Positions 34,307-40,807 of a stretch of 40,807 nt of DNA are shown in pieces; positions within the stretch are counted from its first letter, which is position 1, and every line of letters begins with the position of its first letter. This DNA comes from a virus (taxonomy: Duplodnaviria > Heunggongvirae > Uroviricota > Caudoviricetes). The notes beneath the pieces are model-generated. The model saw only the letters and a list, made by a program, of their open reading frames with translations. It was not told the DNA's origin and made no database searches. Location of the stretch: IMG/VR virus record IMGVR_UViG_3300050821_010761, positions 1-40,807 of that record; one strand, written 5' to 3'. Position numbers and translations under genes: made by a program.

Positions 34307-34917
34307 TTTTGATCTTCTCTGTACATATCAAAAAGGCTCAATCGCATTCTCTTTTTTGCGCTTATTCCTGTGTCAGCTAAAATGTTCTCATATTTTTCAA
34401 TAACTTTCCAAGCTTCATCCTCCGTTAATCGGTCTATTGTGTGCTCATCAACTTCAATTTCTATGAAATGTGCCTCTTTTGCAGAATTGTCAGAAACTAC
34501 TGTATAAAAAACAATAGTCGCATCTATAAATTTGTAAATATAGCAATGTTTATGTATCTTACCAACTTTTTTATATCCCATTTTTTCCAATGCCGCATAA
34601 ACTTCTTCAGTTGGAGTACCAGTCACTATCCAATTAGATTCGAATCTATTGATTGAATTTTTTGCTCCCTCTTGTTTTTCTTTTATGGTCCATTGAGCAA
34701 AAAAATTACCATTTGAATCTGGTATATCGGATTTTCTATATCTACCAAAGTGATTAATACCAGGATTCACAAAGAAAGTGTCGGGTCCCTTAACTTCCAA
34801 ATAATCTTCTTGATTTGGAATACTATTTGCAATTCGGATGAATTCTTTAAGAATGTCTTTTTCGGTTCTATATTTGCATTCAAATTCGGTAAATTTTGGT
34901 AATCTATCAATGGTCAT
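34303..34917 (-). CDS. CYTH-domain protein (class IV adenylyl cyclase / triphosphate tunnel metalloenzyme)
   Basis: N-terminal ExExK motif (TEFECKY), 'DTFF', 'GRYR', 'WTIK', 'RFESN', 'KIHK' and 'FIEIEV'. Start re-assigned to the ATG at 34917. Confidence 0.75.
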   Translation of the reverse strand: MTIDRLPKFTEFECKYRTEKDILKEFIRIANSIPNQEDYLEVKGPDTFFVNPGINHFGRYRKSDIPDSNGNFFAQWTIKEKQEGAKNSINRFESNWIVTGTPTEEVYAALEKMGYKKVGKIHKHCYIYKFIDATIVFYTVVSDNSAKEAHFIEIEVDEHTIDRLTEDEAWKVIEKYENILADTGISAKKRMRLSLFDMYREDQK

Positions 34918-35203
34918 AAGACGTTTCTTTGCCAGACAGCCATGCGCCCAGGAGAATCCTTTTCCCAGTATTTTTGTCAAAAAAAAGAAAATTTAATTTA
35001 TCATCCGTGGTCCAGATCCTGATTCTCGGTACGGGGGAAGAAATGTTCAATTGTTTCTGATACTTGGACAATAAAGCATTGAGTTCATGCTGAATTTGAT
35101 CCGCCTTGTCCATACTATAACCGCCTTGAATAGTCTTTTGTAATGGACCAAAGCGTTTCTCCATCCAGAGAAGTTTTTCTATTGCGTCCACATCATCATA
35201 CAT
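34907..35203 (-). CDS. Hypothetical protein (up to 98 aa)
   Basis: Fills the gap between ClpP and CYTH with short overlaps. Confidence 0.6.
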   Translation of the reverse strand: MYDDVDAIEKLLWMEKRFGPLQKTIQGGYSMDKADQIQHELNALLSKYQKQLNISSPVPRIRIWTTDDKLNFLFFDKNTGKRILLGAWLSGKETSYDH

Positions 35204-35786
35204 CTGTTTCTTCTCCTAGAATCTTATCAGCAAGCCCCAGATTAACGGATTCCCTTGCATCTAATATAGTATCGAAGTTTAGAAGCTCTTGCAACTTTTT
35301 AAGTTTGAACATAGGATGTTTCTCGTGAATTTTCTCTAAATACAAGGTTTCCATCCATGCAGAGAACTTTTTACATTCTTCGGTCCAACTCCATTGTGCT
35401 TTGGCATGAAGATCCGAATCGGCCAACAATGGGGTGCCGTAATGGATCAATTGCTTGGCATTTGGTGCCATTATACGCTCATCACCAGCCTGAAAAATGA
35501 TGCTGCCCATCGAATGGACATTACCAATGCCAATAATTATTACTTTGCTCGTGCAAGCTCTAATGGTATCATAGATCGCCATGCCATGATATTCGTCGCC
35601 GCCGCAATTGTTCAACTTAATAGTAAGAGGAACATCTGGTTGTATGGCATCCAATATGTGTAACCCTTTTAAAACATTCTCAGCTACGACTTCATCAGAG
35701 TCGCCCACGGTAATGAGGGTTTTACTTGGCAAGTGGATGCCATAGTCATATAGCTTGTCGATATCGTCTCGGTTTATTTTCGCCAT
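35196..35786 (-). CDS. clpP: ClpP-family serine protease
   Basis: 'LNNCGGD..HGMAIYDTI' (NSPGG-like), catalytic Ser in 'VHSMGS', His in 'QLIHY' and 'DTILDARESVNLGLADKI'. Confidence 0.88.
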   Translation of the reverse strand: MAKINRDDIDKLYDYGIHLPSKTLITVGDSDEVVAENVLKGLHILDAIQPDVPLTIKLNNCGGDEYHGMAIYDTIRACTSKVIIIGIGNVHSMGSIIFQAGDERIMAPNAKQLIHYGTPLLADSDLHAKAQWSWTEECKKFSAWMETLYLEKIHEKHPMFKLKKLQELLNFDTILDARESVNLGLADKILGEETDV

Positions 35787-35788
35787 AT

Positions 35789-36664
35789 TTACTTCTTGTC
35801 TACGGTTTTAAATGCACTACGAATGGTAGTTTTCCATTCCTTTTCTTTGAAATCTTTTTCTGGAGTGAAAAATCCACCTAATATCTCGATTGTATCACTT
35901 TCGGCATAGCCTGACAATGCAAATTCGTAAGCTAGGGCGTACCATTGATTCGACCTACCTTTTCTTTTATCCAGTCCAAATTCCTTGATTCTAGCCAATC
36001 TTTTCTTTGCCCATGGACGAATTTTGTCATAATTAAACTCGTCACTAGTCCTTTCTCTGACTGGCTTGTTGTTTGGTCTCGCTTCTGGGTGCTTTTTTAG
36101 CCAATCTGCTAAGTCTGCTATTTTAACTGGGCCTTTAAACTCAATCAGGCGTTGCTTTTTCCCTGGTTCTCTATAGGCGCCAGGAATTCTTATGGAACGA
36201 CTTGGGTTGAACGTCTTCTGATCCGCTAAGGGGATAGCTCTTAAGGTCCACTGGGCAAATAGGCGGTATGTTTCCTCATTAGGAAAATCCTGGTCTAATG
36301 AGATTAAAACGTGCGCAGATTTATTTCCAGAGAATATGATAGCGCTATACGGCAAATTTATTGTCTTAATGTATTCAATCTGGGATTTTATGGATCCAGT
36401 ATCAATTTCAACCAGGATATTTCTAAACGCGGTGCAGCTTTTATCTTCTCTCCATTTATTATTGGGATTTAATGAAACCAGGGTCAAGTCATTACTGTGT
36501 ATGTATCTAATTGGGACATTACTATGGGGTGAAATCAATGGAACTTCATCGGACGAGACAGCATACAAAGGAATGCTATGATAGCCATATTTATTATGAC
36601 TCACGCAGACGCTTTCGCCCTCTCTAAACATTAGGGAAAGGATTTTTTTACCTGTTTCGTCCAT
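35789..36664 (-). CDS. Archaeo-eukaryotic-type primase (prim-pol) with PriCT-like C-terminal domain
   Basis: Motif I 'LVEID', motif II 'FSGNKSAH', 'AD...NPSRSIRIPG' and C-terminal 'GRSN...EKEWKTTIRSA'. Confidence 0.78.
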   Translation of the reverse strand: MDETGKKILSLMFREGESVCVSHNKYGYHSIPLYAVSSDEVPLISPHSNVPIRYIHSNDLTLVSLNPNNKWREDKSCTAFRNILVEIDTGSIKSQIEYIKTINLPYSAIIFSGNKSAHVLISLDQDFPNEETYRLFAQWTLRAIPLADQKTFNPSRSIRIPGAYREPGKKQRLIEFKGPVKIADLADWLKKHPEARPNNKPVRERTSDEFNYDKIRPWAKKRLARIKEFGLDKRKGRSNQWYALAYEFALSGYAESDTIEILGGFFTPEKDFKEKEWKTTIRSAFKTVDKK

Positions 36665-36671
36665 TTACGCC

Positions 36672-37064
36672 TTAAGTAGTAATAGCAGTTCCTTGAGCAG
36701 CTTCTTTAACGTCTTTAATAGCCTTTTCTTCTGCTTCTTTAGCTGCCTTTTCTTCTTGTTGTTGCTTCATTTGTTCCCTAATTATTTCTAACTGTGCTTT
36801 GTAAGTTAGCATGGTCTCGTGGAGTTCTTCAAGTGTGGGATATTTTTGGACGAATTGTTTAGCTCCGTATGGCGTCAAAACAGGCTGATCTACCTCTTTC
36901 GTAGTTGGTTCTTCGCCTTCTTTGCCAGGAACGATTTCCGTAACCTTTCTGGTCACCAATTGAGAAGTACCTTTTCTCAGGATGGTTTGCCACTTGCTGG
37001 AAACTCCAAAGACTTCTTTAGACAATTCGTTCAGTTCCATTCGAAATTTACGAGAGATATCCAT
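36672..37064 (-). CDS. Hypothetical protein (130 aa, C-terminal coiled coil)
   Basis: In-operon ORF coupled by a TAATG overlap. Confidence 0.65.
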   Translation of the reverse strand: MDISRKFRMELNELSKEVFGVSSKWQTILRKGTSQLVTRKVTEIVPGKEGEEPTTKEVDQPVLTPYGAKQFVQKYPTLEELHETMLTYKAQLEIIREQMKQQQEEKAAKEAEEKAIKDVKEAAQGTAITT

Positions 37065-37390
37065 TATTTTTTCCTACTTTCTATTAATTCCTTCTTACCG
37101 CAACTGCAACTATTGCAATAGGCGGTTGGCTCCGAGCATGGACTAACAGCCTGCGTTGGTATGTCCAGTGGACTTCTTGCATCTAGCACGTCCATTTCAA
37201 TCTTACCACCGACTGGTAGACCAAACAACATAATTTTATTGTTGGGAAAAAGCGTGGATAATTGACGCTTTAGCCCACTTAGGTCAGTTTCAGACGTATC
37301 ATCCACGTACACCTTTACAACCAAGACTTGACCTGGCAAAAGGTTCAATTTTGTTACTTCCACTTCTGTAATTTTTAACTCATTCTCCAT
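37064..37390 (-). CDS. Hypothetical protein with C-terminal Cys cluster (108 aa)
   Basis: In-operon ORF ending CSEPTAYCNSCSCGKK. Confidence 0.65.
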   Translation of the reverse strand: MENELKITEVEVTKLNLLPGQVLVVKVYVDDTSETDLSGLKRQLSTLFPNNKIMLFGLPVGGKIEMDVLDARSPLDIPTQAVSPCSEPTAYCNSCSCGKKELIESRKK

Positions 37391-38546
37391 TTTCTTCTCC
37401 TGAATCAGCTTGCACGTTAGGCAGCCCGATTCTCCTATCTGCGTCCCTCATGTCTCTTTCTAGTTTCATTGCGGCAATTTTTGCTATGAATTCATCATCG
37501 TGATTGACGTATTTTCCTTTATCCCAACCAGTTTTGTATTCTTTACCAATGGATTCCGTAAAACGGCTCTTCCAAACCTTCCACTCAGTGGCGTGATTTT
37601 CGAAATCCGCAGACATCTCGACTACAAAGGTAGCTGAATCTGCTATGATCTTTCTTCCTTTGATCCTTTGCTGCCAAGGCGTTCTGTCTTGATCGTCTGG
37701 AGGATTCATTTGACCCATCAAAACTATAGGAGCAGGATAGATGTTTTTATAACGATCCAACATACGAGCAAGTCTTGCTTGTACTTCGTTTTCACTCATG
37801 AATTGGTCTTTTTGGGAATAAATAATGTTCTGATAATAATCGATCAGGATGACATCGTAGTAGATCTTCTTTTCAATGAGATTATCAAAGATAGAGGCAA
37901 TACCCTCTAAGCTTGTGCTGACGCCATGACCGCCAGAATAAGTATTGTCGGCAACTGTTATTAACCCGTCTTTTGCCCAAATAGGGATTGCTCTGGTGAA
38001 TGTTTTAGCCTGTTCGTCGGTGAACTTGCTATGATTAGTGTAAGTCCAACCCTTTTGAAGTGCTGTAACCCTATTATAAACGTCTTCTGCTTTTTCTTCA
38101 TTGGTAATTACGAAGGATCTACGATATTTGCCAGTGGCTGGATTTATTGAATTTTTTACATTAAATACTATATTAGCAACAGCGGTAGATTTTCCTTCTC
38201 CTGTCTTGGCACCAACGAAAATGAGGTTTTTCCTAAAGAACGGTACCACACCATTAAAAACATCAGAAATGAAATACATTGGCGACTTGGCAGATTCTAT
38301 GTATTCATCATTATTTCTTTGAAGTTCTTTGATTTGATCCTCTGTGAGAGCGTCGTAATTAGCATTTTTAGCTAATTGCATGTCTTTCTCATCTTGTTGT
38401 AACTTTTCTAGCTGAGAATCAACTCGTTTGCTATCGATGAGAGCGCGCTTCTTAGAAGTCTCATGTTTGAGAATCTCGTACTTTTCTTCTTCTGCATTCT
38501 TTGAAAGAAAGTCCTGTATTGCAGCAGTATCTTTTGGATCACTCAT
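37380..38546 (-). CDS. Replicative helicase (DnaB/SF4-like)
   Basis: Walker A 'GAKTGEGKST', 'ITNEE', Walker B 'ILIDYYQ', 'VLMGQMN' and 'VWKSRF' arginine finger; near the primase. Start placed at MSDPK, after a GGAG. Confidence 0.82.
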   Translation of the reverse strand: MSDPKDTAAIQDFLSKNAEEEKYEILKHETSKKRALIDSKRVDSQLEKLQQDEKDMQLAKNANYDALTEDQIKELQRNNDEYIESAKSPMYFISDVFNGVVPFFRKNLIFVGAKTGEGKSTAVANIVFNVKNSINPATGKYRRSFVITNEEKAEDVYNRVTALQKGWTYTNHSKFTDEQAKTFTRAIPIWAKDGLITVADNTYSGGHGVSTSLEGIASIFDNLIEKKIYYDVILIDYYQNIIYSQKDQFMSENEVQARLARMLDRYKNIYPAPIVLMGQMNPPDDQDRTPWQQRIKGRKIIADSATFVVEMSADFENHATEWKVWKSRFTESIGKEYKTGWDKGKYVNHDDEFIAKIAAMKLERDMRDADRRIGLPNVQADSGEENGE

Positions 38547-39072
38547 CGTCATCTCCATCAAGATCTGCTAAAGGATCATTATTTACCATCTTGTCTGTAA
38601 CCTTGCCAAAACCTTTGCCAGGTATATAGCTTGGTTTAGTAATGACGTTTTCTTTTATCTTAATTGGAGGTGGTCCTGCTGTCTTTTCGAGATGTATTTT
38701 GGCCTTCTCTTGCTCTATTGGCTGGGCTTCTGCTATGGAAAATTTAGAGGGAAATCTTTCTCTTACTGCATGCATCCAATGTCTTTCGATCTGGATACGC
38801 CATTCTTTAAGCTTTCCTTCGTACTTATAAGGAGTGCAGAAACGCTGAATGTCTAGTGAAAGTTTTTCACTTCTTATTTGTTTTTCGCTGTAGCCAATTC
38901 CAATGAAAGTCAGGACCAATGAGTTCATGGCCGTTACATAATCCCTAATTTCAAAATAGGGCATACCTTGGCGATTGATTCTCTCGTTTCCGTGGAGTCT
39001 TTGCCACTTATCGAGAAGATCATTCAACTCTTCATTGGTTAAAGTAGGAACCTCTTGGCTATTTTCTGGCAT
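38539..39072 (-). CDS. Hypothetical protein (177 aa, acidic C-terminus)
   Basis: In-operon ORF overlapping both neighbours. Confidence 0.65.
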   Translation of the reverse strand: MPENSQEVPTLTNEELNDLLDKWQRLHGNERINRQGMPYFEIRDYVTAMNSLVLTFIGIGYSEKQIRSEKLSLDIQRFCTPYKYEGKLKEWRIQIERHWMHAVRERFPSKFSIAEAQPIEQEKAKIHLEKTAGPPPIKIKENVITKPSYIPGKGFGKVTDKMVNNDPLADLDGDDDE

Positions 39073-39994
39073 ATTCTATGCCCATATTCCTCAGGTATTT
39101 CTTTGCGATACCGATTTCTTCTTCAAAAACTGGATTATTTTCGTTTTTTTCGATGAAATCAAACAGGGTTTTTGCTTTTTCTTCCTTTGGACTATTTTTG
39201 AACACTTTCACTTTTTTGTCAAATCTTATTTCCTGCTGCTCGTTCATGAGAATTCTTTCTGGATTCATGTTATGATAATGTTCGTGTGGATCCAAACCAG
39301 CACCAGCAAAATCTAAAACGGTCAGATTCCTTTGCTCTAGGGGAACCGCAATGTACCAGCTACCAGCAAATTGGAACGACTCCCCGACTTTTGCTTTGGC
39401 TTTTTTCTTTATAGCTTTAAACGCCACGCCATCAAGCCGTTTGAATCCATAGGCTTCGTTGTCCTCAATAAGTTTGTAAAATTCACTGGGCGGCTTGCTG
39501 GGACCATAAAAAGCGACGTATTCGTCTACCTGTAGACCCTTGATGTTCTTTGCTTTCTGACGGCAGATCCTTACTAAGTCTTCCATCCTCTGTTTCATGA
39601 ACATTGTAAAATTTGCTTTATTCTTCTCTTGAATCTCTTTTTTGCCAGGGGTTTTGTTTTCTTTCTTTGTATAGTTTACATAGAATTCTTCATATTTCTG
39701 GATGTTCCTTTTTTCATCGAATTCGAATAAACCTAGAAATTCCGTCAAATAAATTCGACCAATATTCATTAGGCAATCTGCATCCATGCCAACGGTATGA
39801 AAAAGATACACGTAAGTATAGAAGGTCTTACGTGTCAAACGCCTAACTATGCGCATGTAAGGCTGCATTTCCAGCAATGTGGGGTTATAGTCAACCCTAC
39901 GCAAGTACTGATGCCTAAAATAGCACAGCTCGAATTCTTCTTTTGAATGAATCTTTCTCTTTTCTGCTTGCGGTCGTTCTACTAATTCTTTCAT
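39059..39994 (-). CDS. Putative divergent phage sigma-factor-like protein
   Basis: 'YMRIVRRLTRK...GMDADCLMNIGRIYLTEFLGLFEFD...NFTMFMKQRMEDLVR' parallels sigma70 region 2. No clear region 4 helix-turn-helix. Confidence 0.45.
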   Translation of the reverse strand: MKELVERPQAEKRKIHSKEEFELCYFRHQYLRRVDYNPTLLEMQPYMRIVRRLTRKTFYTYVYLFHTVGMDADCLMNIGRIYLTEFLGLFEFDEKRNIQKYEEFYVNYTKKENKTPGKKEIQEKNKANFTMFMKQRMEDLVRICRQKAKNIKGLQVDEYVAFYGPSKPPSEFYKLIEDNEAYGFKRLDGVAFKAIKKKAKAKVGESFQFAGSWYIAVPLEQRNLTVLDFAGAGLDPHEHYHNMNPERILMNEQQEIRFDKKVKVFKNSPKEEKAKTLFDFIEKNENNPVFEEEIGIAKKYLRNMGIEYARK

Positions 39995-40108
39995 TTCTTC
40001 CTTGAAAATAGATAAGCCAGACGCGACGCTCTTTAATTCATGCTCATAACAAAATCACTTGGTCTACCGTCAGCGTGTTCCCAGCGGTGTCCATTACCAT
40101 TTCGGGCT

Positions 40109-40127
40109 AGGGTGCCAGGCGCACCCT
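40109..40127. other. GC-rich hairpin in the 146-nt intergenic region downstream of the recA-like gene
   Basis: AGGGTGC-CAGGC-GCACCCT. No convincing U-tract on either strand. Confidence 0.5.
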
Positions 40128-40140
40128 TCCACGCATTTAT

Positions 40141-40807
40141 CTATGTTTTATTTGCATCTAGCGCTTTTAGTTGATCTAGAATTGCTTTTGCCATCTCTGG
40201 ATCATCCTTGATAGCTAGAGCGGTTTCTTTTTTTCCATTGTAATTAGTGCCATTAAAAGTATAAGTTCTGTTGTTCGTGGTTGTGATTATGCCATTGTTT
40301 TTAGCCAAGAAAAAGATCTCCTCGTGTTGATTAATGATACCTTTTTGATAATCCATGGTGAACACTCCAGATCTACCTTGCGGCCCAATAGAATTTGCTT
40401 CACATTTCACGTATATACGATGCCCAGTGAGTAATTTATTATCGCGCGCGTCTTTAATGTCTTCTTCAAAAGCTTTTCCTTCAATGTCTGCCTTGTCTTC
40501 AGCAGCCCCCGCACGTTTGAGAGAAACAAAATATTCGAAAGCGTGCTTCACAGCCCACGACGCTTCCATCTTTTCTTTTGGTCCGTATTTACCAGCTTCT
40601 AAATTACCGCGCATTTGCGATGTTGCTATCAAAAGTATTTTATTACGTTTACAAAAAGGTACCAATTTTGAAAGACCGATCTGTACCGTTAAGGCGTGAT
40701 CGCCCACCAAATGATCTGTGGCCGATTCCGCACCCTCCCGTTTCACGCCTTGAATATTGGACAAGGAATCCACAGCAAGCATTCTTAGCGGCATCCCATC
40801 CTGAACC
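40141..40807 (-). CDS. RecA/UvsX-like recombinase, C-terminal part (start outside the window)
   Basis: Walker B 'LAVDSL', 'VGDHA', 'ATSQMR' (NQxR-like), 'SWAVKH' and 'GIINQHEEIF.LA..NGII...YTFNG'. The frame is open to the window edge. Confidence 0.82.
   Translation of the reverse strand, partial: VQDGMPLRMLAVDSLSNIQGVKREGAESATDHLVGDHALTVQIGLSKLVPFCKRNKILLIATSQMRGNLEAGKYGPKEKMEASWAVKHAFEYFVSLKRAGAAEDKADIEGKAFEEDIKDARDNKLLTGHRIYVKCEANSIGPQGRSGVFTMDYQKGIINQHEEIFFLAKNNGIITTTNNRTYTFNGTNYNGKKETALAIKDDPEMAKAILDQLKALDANKT

Noticed and set aside
40060-40105. Fluoride riboswitch or hammerhead ribozyme (minus strand GGTAATGG...ACC...GCTGACG; GAAA...CTGACGG)
   Set aside because: The riboswitch pseudoknot complement is missing, and the hammerhead core CUGANGA is not intact. 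Kept only as an unspecified structured-RNA candidate.
1-40807. Stop-codon reassignment
   Set aside because: Very long ORFs tile the window under the standard code, and TAA, TAG and TGA all occur as real stops at gene junctions.
1-40807. tRNA, rRNA, CRISPR array, integrase, transposase, intein or homing endonuclease
   Set aside because: No cloverleaf/T-loop signature, regularly spaced repeats or relevant protein motifs were seen by eye. A covariance-model scan was not possible.

Overview
This window is a gene-dense segment of a large contractile-tailed (myovirus-like) bacteriophage genome. Most of the + strand (1-32537) is a virion morphogenesis region: the end of the tape measure gene, baseplate hub and spike, a LysM/gp25-like fusion, a 2368-aa baseplate-J-like protein, a second wedge protein, a tube-like protein and a cluster of fibre/adhesin genes (collagen, T4 gp9/10-like, lectin-like and C1q-like domains). 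Inserted among them are a CPBP membrane protease, a reverse-strand metzincin-like lipoprotein and a reverse-strand Zn-ribbon / lytic transglycosylase / DEDDh exonuclease / small membrane peptide cluster. The - strand (32538-40807) is a replication/accessory operon: RecA/UvsX-like ATPase, a divergent sigma-factor-like protein, SF4 helicase, AEP primase, ClpP, a CYTH enzyme and an alliinase/TAA1-like PLP enzyme. Three signals stand out. (i) A recurring intergenic motif (C/G)AATCTT(A/T), accompanied by a perfect palindrome TGATATATCA, suggests a phage-specific late regulon. (ii) Small domains are shared between and inserted into different virion proteins, and one pair carries a 44-nt perfectly identical patch that could allow fibre-tip exchange. 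(iii) The accessory enzymes are unusual for a phage. All product calls come from motif recognition by eye; no database searches were run.
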